Assembly (NCBI GenBank): GCA_023818375.1
Contig: JAMWCC010000059.1
Coordinates: 1,901-62,966, forward strand
Length of the DNA: 61,066 nt
Direction: 5' to 3'
Source: Candidatus Omnitrophota bacterium
GTDB taxonomy: Bacteria; Ratteibacteria; UBA8468; B48-G9; DTJG01
Below are positions 1 through 9,225 of the stretch, in pieces. The notes beneath the pieces were generated by a model. The model ran no database searches and was not told the origin of the DNA. It was given only the letters and a program-made list of their open reading frames with translations. Position numbers and translations under genes: made by a program. Positions within the stretch are counted from its first letter, which is position 1. Every line of letters starts with the position of its first letter.

Positions 1-2531
1 ATATCCCCGGGTCTTAGGTTTGTGTCTGGGTCTGTAACCTCTGAAATCACCCCATTCAATGTTGAAGTAGTTTGTCTCCACTGACTCCAGTTATACCCTG
101 CCCATCTTGCTGCTGCAGAGACAAGACCTGAGCAATCAGTACCATATCCATCATACCCATTATCAACATATGTAACATCCCCATTCTCATCTGCCCTGCC
201 ACCATACCAGTGGCCTCCCCATTCATATGGAACTTCAAGAAAAGATGTTAACCACTGTAAGTATCTTTTCATAATAGGTGTCTCTGGCCAGGTTGCTTCA
301 TCTAATTTTCTTACACTGATGCAAACTGCATACTCAGTCGGTCCAATGGTATCAGGCGGTTCATCACAGTTCTGGCTCCATGTTTTTGTGAAGTCAGGAT
401 GAATATGATCTGTACTTTTTTGTTCCCAGTTTCCTGGCGTTGGCTGTAAACTTCCTATAAAATGCATGGTATTTAAATCATCAGCCCTCTTTGCCCTTAC
501 AATTATCCTGTGTGTACCTTCCTGGAATGTTGTTGAAAATCCCCATCCAGTGTATGGCATTGTGGTGTAACCGGGATAGTAGAAAAAGCGCCTTATATTA
601 CCGTTGTATGTATCTTTATGAACCGATGACAATACTGTTTCTTTATCTACTGCTGAGTTTATTTCATACCAGGTAAAATCTAATGGCAATCCCTTCCACT
701 GCTTGATTACCGCCTGTGAAGGAAGTCTGGGCCAGTTATATGAATTCCAGTTTCCTGAAGGTATTTCACTACCTTGGGTTCCAGTACTGTACCAGTATCC
801 ATCATTAGCAAAGTACTGCCCACTGCTTAAAGGATCATACCCCACACCACACCAGTATCCTGTAAGATCTTCTGATTGTGTCATAAGTATCGCTCTTATT
901 GATATATTATCACCAGTAAACGGGTAGGCAAAGTCTATAACCTCACTTTCTCCATCGCAGGAGTCATTATGATAATAAACCATCAGATTATATTTTGCCA
1001 CTGTCCCAACTACAGTATCTACTGCTGTTGTCTCATCAGGCGCAGCATAGAATATCTGTAATTCGCATCCTTTGAAGGTGCTCTTCGCGTACCCTTCTAC
1101 CCATACATAAGTTTCACTCTTTAACTCATCGGTGATTTTATAGGTTTTCGTGATTATCTGATTGTTTTTCGTCGTGGTATCCCATATCTTTGTCTTGTCG
1201 GCCCCATTTGAAACGCTCAAAAGGAGAAAGCCCGGCAAATCAGATGGCTCTGGCACTCTGATAATCAGTTTCATAAGGTCATTCTCGTTATTGACAGGAT
1301 AGTCCTCTAAACTGTTATCTGGAATTGTGTTCGCATTGTCATCATCATCATTAAGTGGAATATACAGCCCTGTCTCTTTCTCTGTGGTTTCATCAAGCCC
1401 ATAGGCATCATCCCAATCAATGTCTATTTCAAATACTGTGATTGTTATTGTATCTACTGCTATTGATTCATCCTGGTTGAGTTTATATCCCTTAAGTGTC
1501 AGGACAATGTCTCTTGTTGTTGATGATGGTTGCTCTCCCTTCAAATACAATTGCTTTGACTCAAATGGCTGTTGCTGGCTGGGACTGCAACTATAACTGT
1601 AAGGAAAATTTCTCTGTGTGTATGTGTTTGTCCCTTCATCATATTCCCATAGTGAGATTTTGTCTCCACCTGCTATTGCCTCCAACCTGAGATTTATTTC
1701 TCCAGGTCCTTGCATCCCTACAAATTCAGGACTTCCTATCTCTAACATACTTGACCCTATCTTCATCGGTACCATCTGCCCTCTTTTGATGTATATCCCT
1801 GTACTTTCTTCCTGCGTTTCTTCTTTGTGGTTTATTTGAACATTGCTTGAGTAAATACCAAATTGTATCCCATCAACACCTGGCTCCTGGCCACCATCAT
1901 ACCTTAATACATGTACCTCAACCATCCCCCAATCAGGTAAAATCCCTGTCACATAACAATATTCCCTATCAGGCTCAAATATTATCCATTCACTCCACGG
2001 GTATATCCAATTCCATATATCAGGTTCAAAATCATCTGGCTTTACCTTTGCCTTGTATATCTTTGTCTCCCCAACAAAAAACTCTGTCTCTACAGGTGTC
2101 TCTGACAAACAACTGTCTCCATTAACTATCTCTACATCAAATACCGTCAACATCGCATAATCATAAACAGGATCCCCTGGTGGGTCTGTGGGTATAAATT
2201 CAACTACTACAGTTATATCTCCTGATGTATCACTTATCTCTCTTGGTTCTATCCATACAAAAGGACCCCATTGACCTGTTATCTCTGCCTTGTTTCCACC
2301 TTCTATTATATCCCAGTTGTATATCCCTTCTACATTATCCGGTATTACCATCGCTTCAAGTCCTATCCCTGTCCCCTTCATACTCATACTACCTGGTCCC
2401 ATAATCCATACAAATATATCTCCATCAAGCACATTGAGATTATCCTCATATTCCTGGATTGAATGTACTGCATTGGTGAAAAAAAGAAAGGTTATAGTTA
2501 TTGCAGGCAAAACTCTTCGGAAAAAGTTCAT
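1..2531 (-). CDS. Secreted multidomain protein with C-terminal NlpC/P60 (C40) cysteine-peptidase domain; 3' end runs off the window
   Basis: Absent from the ORF track because it has no stop in the window. The minus-strand frame opens at ATG 2531-2529, with an in-frame TAA just upstream at 2546-2544. I read 843 codons to position 1 without a stop. The N-terminus MNFFRRVLPAITITFLFFTNAVHS looks like a signal peptide. The last ~60 codons read VPYEWGGHWYGG...GYGTDCSGLVSAAARWAG, the PYxWGG / DCSGLV catalytic-Cys signature of NlpC/P60. Confidence 0.7.
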   Translation of the reverse strand, partial: MNFFRRVLPAITITFLFFTNAVHSIQEYEDNLNVLDGDIFVWIMGPGSMSMKGTGIGLEAMVIPDNVEGIYNWDIIEGGNKAEITGQWGPFVWIEPREISDTSGDITVVVEFIPTDPPGDPVYDYAMLTVFDVEIVNGDSCLSETPVETEFFVGETKIYKAKVKPDDFEPDIWNWIYPWSEWIIFEPDREYCYVTGILPDWGMVEVHVLRYDGGQEPGVDGIQFGIYSSNVQINHKEETQEESTGIYIKRGQMVPMKIGSSMLEIGSPEFVGMQGPGEINLRLEAIAGGDKISLWEYDEGTNTYTQRNFPYSYSCSPSQQQPFESKQLYLKGEQPSSTTRDIVLTLKGYKLNQDESIAVDTITITVFEIDIDWDDAYGLDETTEKETGLYIPLNDDDDNANTIPDNSLEDYPVNNENDLMKLIIRVPEPSDLPGFLLLSVSNGADKTKIWDTTTKNNQIITKTYKITDELKSETYVWVEGYAKSTFKGCELQIFYAAPDETTAVDTVVGTVAKYNLMVYYHNDSCDGESEVIDFAYPFTGDNISIRAILMTQSEDLTGYWCGVGYDPLSSGQYFANDGYWYSTGTQGSEIPSGNWNSYNWPRLPSQAVIKQWKGLPLDFTWYEINSAVDKETVLSSVHKDTYNGNIRRFFYYPGYTTMPYTGWGFSTTFQEGTHRIIVRAKRADDLNTMHFIGSLQPTPGNWEQKSTDHIHPDFTKTWSQNCDEPPDTIGPTEYAVCISVRKLDEATWPETPIMKRYLQWLTSFLEVPYEWGGHWYGGRADENGDVTYVDNGYDGYGTDCSGLVSAAARWAGYNWSQWRQTTSTLNGVISEVTDPDTNLRPGD

Positions 2532-2566
2532 CTCTCTTCCATGTTAAATTTTTTCTTTTCACCTCC

Positions 2567-2597
2567 ATTATACCCCCCCCCGAGTGAATTCTGTCAA
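2567..2597 (-). promoter_or_regulatory. Sigma70-type promoter (TTGACA-N19-TATAAT) for the NlpC/P60 gene
   Basis: The minus strand reads TTGACA (2597-2592), then gaattcactc + G9 (2591-2573), then TATAAT (2572-2567). Both hexamers are perfect consensus and the spacer is 19 nt. The element lies about 35 nt upstream of ATG 2531. Confidence 0.5.
2573..2581. repeat. C9/G9 homopolymer inside the promoter spacer
   Basis: Direct count: tacccccccc (2571-2580) followed by c at 2581 gives nine C. This is the longest G/C run I noticed in the window. Confidence 0.9.
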
Positions 2598-2778
2598 GAG
2601 TTGCACGAGTGTTTTTTTTGTTTTCTGCTCTTTGAATAATCTTCTTTTCACAAAAGGATAAATTTTGTCCACAAATAACCATGCCTATCTCTTTTTCAAA
2701 AGCTGTACATTTTGAAATACCATATAGTGGTACTAAAATAATCCCTGAGACCATTCCTAATATTCAGAAGGAGCAAAA

Positions 2779-4242
2779 ATGGTAAAGATAGATTATTTTA
2801 GAGATAAACCTATTGAGATTGGGAAAACAGCCCAGCTACTTTTTGATGATTTAATTATCGAAGATGTATGGAAGGTGAAAAGGGTTTTACATCAACCACT
2901 CAAATGGTTCAAAAATCCTATCATTTACAAAACAGAGCCATGGGAAGCTGAATTGGTCGGTCATCCAACAGTTTTTTATGACAGTAATTATGGCTGTTAT
3001 AGAATGTGGTACATGTCTTATTCCCGCGCAAACTACTATAGCCGCGGAGAAACAGGCGTAATACACTCAATGTGCTATGCTGAGAGTAAGGATGGTTTGA
3101 ACTGGACAAAACCACTTCTTGATGTGTGCAATTTTCCTGGTTTTGAAAAGACAAATGTTGTCTATTGTGGAGCAAATAAATTGACAGCCCGCGGACAGGT
3201 TTTCAAAGACATGTCTGAAAAAGACCCTGAAAAAAGATATAAAATGATATGTCTTGAAACTTTTCCATATGAAAAGGGTGCTGAAGGCAAATGCAGTGGA
3301 CTACGGCTTCTTTATTCACCTGATGGACTCAAATGGAACAGCGAAAATGCGTATTTTGTTCTGGATTACCACAGCGATACCAACAATCACATTGTATTTG
3401 ATGAAAAAAACCACAGGTGGCTTTTGTATTGCAGGCCAACAATGTATTCATCTGGCAGGTCAAGTCATCTCAGGCATCACAGAAGAAGGGTATCAGTGAT
3501 GGTGAGCGAAGATCTTATTAACTGGTCTTATCCTCGTACAGTGTTATTTCCTGATGAAATGGACCCACCTGATTATGACCATGTTTATGTGGTTCACCAT
3601 CAAAATTATTTTTTGATGTTTTATACTGTTATGGAAGGTGATACGCACGGAAGAAAGGAAACCCGATTTGCCTGGAGTAGAGATGGTTTTCACTGGGAAA
3701 GGTTTTATACGCGTGAAGCATTTTTACCACGTGGAAGCAAGGATTCCTGGGATGCAGGTTCTGTTATAACCTACGCAATGGTTCCGCAGGATGATAACCT
3801 GTTTTTTTATTACACAGGTAACCATAAAGGACAGCATGAACAGGAAGAATCAAGAAATGGAATAGGTGCAGCTTTTTTGAAAAAGGATAGATTCATTGAG
3901 CTGAAGGCAGATGGAGAACCAGGGTATATTTTGACAAGAGAGTTTATATGCCCGGGAAAGTACCTAAAACTTAATACTGGTTATGCTGGACTTCCAAACA
4001 AACAGCAATCTATCAGGGTTGAAATTGTGCGCAGACCAGAAATCGGAAATCATGCTTTTTTTAATTATGCATACGAAGGGTATGGTTTAGAAGATTGTAT
4101 TCCAATAGCAACTGACAGAATAGACGCGCCCGTTAAGTGGAAGACGAAAAATGATGTCTCCCAGCTTGTTGGAAAACCAATCTATCTCAGGTTTGAACTG
4201 CAAAATATGGGACTTTTCAGTTTCTATTTCACTGATGAATAA
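2779..4242 (+). CDS. Beta-propeller glycosidase-like protein (GH43/32/130-type fold), no signal peptide
   Basis: 487-aa ORF with an AAGGAG RBS upstream. It carries repeated blade-like S/T-x-DG-x-x-W motifs (ESKDGLNW, YSPDGLKW, WSRDGFHW). Family is assigned from motifs only. Confidence 0.45.
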   Translation: MVKIDYFRDKPIEIGKTAQLLFDDLIIEDVWKVKRVLHQPLKWFKNPIIYKTEPWEAELVGHPTVFYDSNYGCYRMWYMSYSRANYYSRGETGVIHSMCYAESKDGLNWTKPLLDVCNFPGFEKTNVVYCGANKLTARGQVFKDMSEKDPEKRYKMICLETFPYEKGAEGKCSGLRLLYSPDGLKWNSENAYFVLDYHSDTNNHIVFDEKNHRWLLYCRPTMYSSGRSSHLRHHRRRVSVMVSEDLINWSYPRTVLFPDEMDPPDYDHVYVVHHQNYFLMFYTVMEGDTHGRKETRFAWSRDGFHWERFYTREAFLPRGSKDSWDAGSVITYAMVPQDDNLFFYYTGNHKGQHEQEESRNGIGAAFLKKDRFIELKADGEPGYILTREFICPGKYLKLNTGYAGLPNKQQSIRVEIVRRPEIGNHAFFNYAYEGYGLEDCIPIATDRIDAPVKWKTKNDVSQLVGKPIYLRFELQNMGLFSFYFTDE

Positions 4243-4245
4243 AAT

Positions 4246-4605
4246 CTATTTTTTTGATGCAAGTAGCTTTGCCACCTTTAATAAGACCTTTTTATATTCC
4301 TCATCTTTGTCCTTCACGAGCATCTCTATTTTTTTTGAAAAGGAAAAATTCTTATTTTTACCTAAGGGCTGATGAAATTCTGTAAAAATTTTCTGCAGCG
4401 GAACATCTAGCGCGTTTGCAATCTTATAAATTGTTTCTATGCTGGCTTTTTTTGTGCCTCTCTCAATATGACTGAGGAAACTCGGCGCAATCCCTGTTTT
4501 CCTGGATAATTCTTCCTGTGTCAAACCAAGAGACTTACGGATTTTCCGAATCGATTGTCCGAGCGTTTTATAGATATCCTTTTCCATGGTTTTATTTTGC
4601 CTCAT
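4246..4605 (-). CDS. XRE (Cro/C1) family HTH transcriptional regulator
   Basis: 119 aa. LGLTQEELSRKTGIAPSFLSHIERGTKKASIETIYKIANAL is the HTH_3 signature. The stop lies 3 nt from the convergent gene. Confidence 0.85.
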   Translation of the reverse strand: MRQNKTMEKDIYKTLGQSIRKIRKSLGLTQEELSRKTGIAPSFLSHIERGTKKASIETIYKIANALDVPLQKIFTEFHQPLGKNKNFSFSKKIEMLVKDKDEEYKKVLLKVAKLLASKK

Positions 4606-4681
4606 AACTGCCGATTAGTTAATAACCTAAAGGTAATATGAAAAACTTGACCAATAGAAAATTAAGTGTTAAGCTAATTTC

Positions 4682-5092
4682 ATGGAGAAGAAAAAAATTC
4701 TTATCGTTGACAATGATCTTGCGGTTTGTATACTTGTAAATGCCATTGTGAAAAAGATTGGCTATGAATCAGTTATTGCAACAGATGTGCATAAAGCCAT
4801 AGAAATACTTAAAAAGGATGAGAAGATCTTTCTTGTAATTACTGATGTTCATATGCCATTTATAAATGGTATTACACTTGTGGAAGAAATCTGGCAACAT
4901 TTTTCATACCTGAAGGTTATCGTAATGACTTCTGATATTAGTGATGAAATTTTATCAATGAAAAACCGTTTGCATGCAGTAGTAGAAAAACTTGACCTTT
5001 TTCATTCACTCACATGCATTCTTAAAAGACTGGATTCAGAGAAAAACGGCTTTGTGAGAGATCTCAGGAAATCTTTTGATTCTACCACCTGA
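4682..5092 (+). CDS. Single-domain response regulator (CheY-like receiver)
   Basis: 136 aa. It has KILIVDND (acidic pocket), LVITDVHMP (phospho-acceptor Asp) and VIVMTSD. There is no output domain. Confidence 0.8.
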   Translation: MEKKKILIVDNDLAVCILVNAIVKKIGYESVIATDVHKAIEILKKDEKIFLVITDVHMPFINGITLVEEIWQHFSYLKVIVMTSDISDEILSMKNRLHAVVEKLDLFHSLTCILKRLDSEKNGFVRDLRKSFDSTT

Positions 5093-8000
5093 ATACACAG
5101 ATGTCACCATCATTTTCGTTGATTTCGCGATTGAAAATTATTTCACTACCTTTTTGAACAAATTGTATATTATTACCCCTGGCATCAAACGCTGAAGTGA
5201 TACTGCCGGAAACCTGCAATTTCACCTGGATATTTTGTCTTTTGCCCGTTGAGTTTATTAAAAACAATACTGTCTGCCTTTCTCCATCCCTGACAAAGGC
5301 ATTTACCCCCGAAATGTTTATTTCACAGTGTCTTCTTATTCCGGATATTTCAGAAGGATAAGAAACGACTTTTCTTATCCTGTCAAATTCTGGATTGTTA
5401 ATACACTGGTTGCTGTATGGGCTGAAGGTTAAAGCAGAACACCCGACTAAAATTGCCTGTCCATTACCAAATTTGTTGGAAACTATGGCAGGAGAACCAT
5501 CTTCAAAAACCGCAAGTGATTTGCCGGTTGACAATTGCCAATCTGGTTTGAACAAAGAGCCAATAAATTTAACAGACTCAAGCCCATCTGAGTTCGGGAC
5601 TGTTATTGTTCTTGCTACTGGTTCAGGAGAATTTTTTACTCCGGGTAATAAACCGCGGGATGTAAGTCCAAAAACCTCATTCATAATACTGGTATCCTGG
5701 TCATACTCATTCCTTGCGATAGCAATATAATCTGCCCAGAGTGTTCCACCTTTCTGTACCCATTCCCTTATTTTTCTCTGGACATCTTCTTTCACATGGG
5801 TATCAACAACATACAAAACCCTGTATCTATCAAGACCTTTTTCCAGGATTTCTTCTTCAGACACAATCTCCACAGGAATACCTGCATCAAGCAAGGCAGT
5901 GTAAATACCTGCCCTTCTGAACATTGGTCTTGAACCAAATGCCCTGCCTGAAAGTTCTGTTTCAAAGTTCGTCGCACTGTAAAAGGCACTGCCTATCTCA
6001 GAAGAATTAGCTATCAAAAGAGCAACATCAGATTTTCTCATTTTAGTCCCGACAATGTCATCTTCGCATCTTGCTGTCCATCTCAACATCTCGCACCAGT
6101 CCTTTGTGTATTCAGGACTTGCCGCCCAGGCAGGTCCTTTTGTAATCGTGGGTCCATAGGAATAATCAATGAATAGCTTTACGCCCTGCGCAAGGCCCGC
6201 AAGATACCTGCGCCGGAAGTTTCTATCAACCACAATAAGGTAACCTAACTCTTGATTGTTTTTCCTTGCCGCAGCATTAAGCAAAGAAAATCCGAATGCC
6301 ACACGATAGGGATCATTAATCCAGTCCTCACACAACAAGAAGTTGGTTGTGTTGTTTTCTGCCCATTCAAAAAGATTGAGTGCTCCATCCCACATCCTTG
6401 TTTCCATCATTGGTGCTGCCTGAAAATTTGGGCTTATTTTGATGTCTTTTTTGAAAAATCCTTTATCTGCTAATTCTTTTACTACATTTGCTCCTGTCCC
6501 ATAAATCTGCATTGTAAAATAGCTTCTGAATCTTTGTATCCAGTAATAAAGTCGCTTTTCTTCCAGCGTGGCGTTTTTAAGGTCTGCTCGAACCTGTACT
6601 TTGACACGTCTCAGTCCTTCTATTTTTTCTTGCTTTTTTTCTCCAGTTGAACCCTGCTCAATCTGGGTTGCACGAGAGACTTCTTCATCTTCCTGTTTTG
6701 CACCAGTATTTTGAACCCATTCAATTTCAACACCAAAGTTTCTTAGAATGTTTTCAATCGTTGGATTTGCCCTCGTCGCAATGCCAATCGCTTCGACTTC
6801 TTCCCAGTTTTTCCTTCCAAAAAATTGGGGGGTCAATCCATTTGATTTCAGAAACTGGTGAAAACATGCTTTCAAAACAGGAACAAAGTTTATCATCAAA
6901 AAGTGAGGCTGTGGATTTGGCTCATCTGCAAGTATCGCTAAATCAAGCATCTGCCTTCTTGTTTCACTTCTTGATCCCCAGAGTTTTTCAACCCTCTGCT
7001 TTATCAGTTCATAAAAATATTGATTTAAGGTTTCCTGAATGCTTTTCTCACCAGTAATTTTCTTTTCTACTTCCTTATAATCAGGATTGACAAGCATCAA
7101 ATGATGAGCCACTGTCCACCCAAAACCTGCATCCTTTATTTTATTCCACAAATCGGTTTCGGTAATGATATCCTGGGCAAGGTCAAAACCATTAAATCCA
7201 GCCAGTTTACAGCTTTCAATAATCGCTTCAATATCCTTATAAACAGTTGCTCTTGCGTCAGTAAATACCTGAATTTTCTTCGGTCCTTCACCAGGTTTTG
7301 CACCTGTTTGTTTCACCAGGTTCAACCTTTCTTCTGCCCACTGTGAAAATGACTTTGTCCATTTTTTCATTCCCGCAAGACCTGGCTCGTGTGGCATAAG
7401 AATGTACATGCCCCTCACAGGACCAGTAAACTCTGTTGCCTGATGAATGATAAAATCCTCATCAGGCCTTGTTGCTGCCTGAAATGTAATCTCAAGATTA
7501 TTAAGCCCTGTCCTTCTTGCGTCTGGAAAAAGTTTCATGTTTGATGGCATGACCATTGTATGCATTGAGCAATATGCCCTTTTGGGATTGACTGTCTTAA
7601 CCCATGGAGACCATTGATTTGTTGTTAGAAAATTTGAGCCATCTTTTTGTAATTCATTACTTTCTTCACTGGTTGTTGCTACCTTATCCTTAAAAAGCCA
7701 GGCAAGATTCACTGGTCCTTTGACTTCATATGGATTAAAATAGAGCCGGCAAAAAATATAAAACCTGTCAGCTGGTGCTTTTGAAATCTTGAACCTGAAC
7801 CACAGAGGTCCCTCATAGTCAGATGGCATGGGTTTATAATCTGGGGTTTTTGTTAAAACGATACAATCAGGCCCAGAAAGATTTTCCATTACAAACATTA
7901 CAGGGATTTTGCCAGCACTCAGATTTGTCTCAAATGTATCCCATCTGAACTCTTCACCAGGCGATTGGTCAGCTCCGCATGAAAATTCGTTCTTTCCGAT

Positions 8001-8414
8001 GATGACTTTAAAGGGTGCAAAATATCTGAAATGGCCTGGTGGCTTTTGAGATGAAAGTAATTTCCTTATATTTTCAGGTGTGACAAGATATCTCACATGA
8101 ATATACCATTTACCTGAAACAGGGATATCAACTTCTGTCTTTGCAATTGCTGGCTTAGAAAGATTTTGATATACCCTGAATGGTGATGGATATGAACTGA
8201 TAAAACCATTGCCACTGGCAGATGGATTACTGACAAAAAAAACTGTATTGCTTGTTGTTCCTTTTGGACCTGTTATAGGTGTGCCGAAATCATCAACACA
8301 GTTTTCTGCCTCAATCACGATAAGGTTATCAAGTGTACCTGAATGGACTGAAAGACAGGAAAACAACAAAATACTGAGACAAAAAAAACCCATCATACCC
8401 CTTATGGCTAACAT
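5082..8414 (-). CDS. Large secreted protein, putative carbohydrate-binding / glycoside-hydrolase-like
   Basis: 1110 aa, with an AAGGAG RBS 7 nt upstream and signal peptide MLAIRGMMGFFCLSILLFSCLSVHSG. The N-terminal IVIEAENC segment resembles CBM6/35-type modules. The C-terminal part (RYRVLYVVDTHV...WVQKGGTLWADY) resembles the GH42-type trimerisation domain. Resemblance is weak. Confidence 0.35.
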   Translation of the reverse strand: MLAIRGMMGFFCLSILLFSCLSVHSGTLDNLIVIEAENCVDDFGTPITGPKGTTSNTVFFVSNPSASGNGFISSYPSPFRVYQNLSKPAIAKTEVDIPVSGKWYIHVRYLVTPENIRKLLSSQKPPGHFRYFAPFKVIIGKNEFSCGADQSPGEEFRWDTFETNLSAGKIPVMFVMENLSGPDCIVLTKTPDYKPMPSDYEGPLWFRFKISKAPADRFYIFCRLYFNPYEVKGPVNLAWLFKDKVATTSEESNELQKDGSNFLTTNQWSPWVKTVNPKRAYCSMHTMVMPSNMKLFPDARRTGLNNLEITFQAATRPDEDFIIHQATEFTGPVRGMYILMPHEPGLAGMKKWTKSFSQWAEERLNLVKQTGAKPGEGPKKIQVFTDARATVYKDIEAIIESCKLAGFNGFDLAQDIITETDLWNKIKDAGFGWTVAHHLMLVNPDYKEVEKKITGEKSIQETLNQYFYELIKQRVEKLWGSRSETRRQMLDLAILADEPNPQPHFLMINFVPVLKACFHQFLKSNGLTPQFFGRKNWEEVEAIGIATRANPTIENILRNFGVEIEWVQNTGAKQEDEEVSRATQIEQGSTGEKKQEKIEGLRRVKVQVRADLKNATLEEKRLYYWIQRFRSYFTMQIYGTGANVVKELADKGFFKKDIKISPNFQAAPMMETRMWDGALNLFEWAENNTTNFLLCEDWINDPYRVAFGFSLLNAAARKNNQELGYLIVVDRNFRRRYLAGLAQGVKLFIDYSYGPTITKGPAWAASPEYTKDWCEMLRWTARCEDDIVGTKMRKSDVALLIANSSEIGSAFYSATNFETELSGRAFGSRPMFRRAGIYTALLDAGIPVEIVSEEEILEKGLDRYRVLYVVDTHVKEDVQRKIREWVQKGGTLWADYIAIARNEYDQDTSIMNEVFGLTSRGLLPGVKNSPEPVARTITVPNSDGLESVKFIGSLFKPDWQLSTGKSLAVFEDGSPAIVSNKFGNGQAILVGCSALTFSPYSNQCINNPEFDRIRKVVSYPSEISGIRRHCEINISGVNAFVRDGERQTVLFLINSTGKRQNIQVKLQVSGSITSAFDARGNNIQFVQKGSEIIFNREINENDGDICVFRW

Positions 8415-8436
8415 TGAAAAACTCCTTTTTCAGGTT

Positions 8437-9165
8437 CTATCTTGCGCACCAGAACTTGTAAAGTGGATAAGATTGCCGTAAACCGCTCTTGGCAGTATGA
8501 AATTCCACATGGCCATCCATATAAAGCTGGTTAAGGCCATCAGAATGATTATTTTTCCAGTTAGGCTGTCCTGAGCCAGTGTCCCAGTATCCACCTGGCT
8601 GATAACAATCCACCATACATACCTGCATGGATGGTTTCCTGACATAATGACCTATCCCTGTACTCGGATACACAACAACCTTGCCACAGAATTTTGAATT
8701 CGGGCATGGAAGAACAGCATTACTTGCCTCTGTGGTACTTGATGTTCCTGACATTCTATAACCGAACCACTCATTGGTCGTAGATGACCAGCTTCCTGTG
8801 CCAAAAGCAAGAATATATGACATATGGAGCCTGCCACCTGTATACCTTCCTGCTGCTGTATGTCTCCTGTCTGTTGAAGGACACTTGAATATCTGTAAAT
8901 TTGGAAAGTAACTTTTCATAATCGGTGTAGTCATGTTGTAATTGACCTGATATGGTTCTTCATTGTCTATCATTGGTAAACCCCACCCTTCATGGTCTTC
9001 AGAATACACCCACAGAGCAATATAACACTGCTTTAGATTGCTCATACATGCAGCTTTTCTTGCCTGTTCTCTCGCCTTTGAAAGTGCTGGCATAAGTATT
9101 GCCACAAGAATTGCGATGATAGCGATCACTACAAGCAGTTCCACAAGTGTGAACCCCTTTCTCAT
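8437..9165 (-). CDS. Prepilin-type N-terminal cleavage/methylation protein with H-X9-DG motif (DUF1559 family)
   Basis: ATG 9165 is preceded by AAGGAGG with an 8-nt spacer; the track's GTG 9174 lies inside that [31 protein letters not shown] is a prepilin leader plus hydrophobic helix. The C-terminal [12 protein letters not shown] is exactly H-X9-DG. Confidence 0.85.
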   Translation of the reverse strand: MRKGFTLVELLVVIAIIAILVAILMPALSKAREQARKAACMSNLKQCYIALWVYSEDHEGWGLPMIDNEEPYQVNYNMTTPIMKSYFPNLQIFKCPSTDRRHTAAGRYTGGRLHMSYILAFGTGSWSSTTNEWFGYRMSGTSSTTEASNAVLPCPNSKFCGKVVVYPSTGIGHYVRKPSMQVCMVDCYQPGGYWDTGSGQPNWKNNHSDGLNQLYMDGHVEFHTAKSGLRQSYPLYKFWCAR

Positions 9166-9225
9166 TTCTCTCACCTCCTTTCGTTTGTTAAGATAAAATA
9201 TAGCCGTTCTGAAAATTTTGTCAAG

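Noticed and set aside
2528-2542. Mini-ORF ATG-GAA-GAG-AGA-TGA (MEER) whose stop overlaps the NlpC/P60 ATG, a possible leader peptide
   Set aside because: It has only 4 codons, the GGAGGTG upstream is 17 nt away, and chance occurrence in AT-rich sequence is likely. There is no supporting structure.
2446-2754. 102-aa minus-strand track ORF spanning the 2532-2778 intergenic region
   Set aside because: It lies in a different frame from the 843-codon NlpC/P60 ORF and overlaps that ORF's start. It runs through the promoter and C9 tract, and has no RBS or recognisable motif. Most likely spurious.
4606-4681. Short palindromes (GTTA-A-TAAC) in the XRE/receiver divergent region, and TACCA-N5-TGGTA at ~2720 upstream of the GH-like gene, as operator candidates
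   Set aside because: The arms are only 4-5 bp in AT-rich DNA, so chance occurrence is expected. They are not reported as sites.
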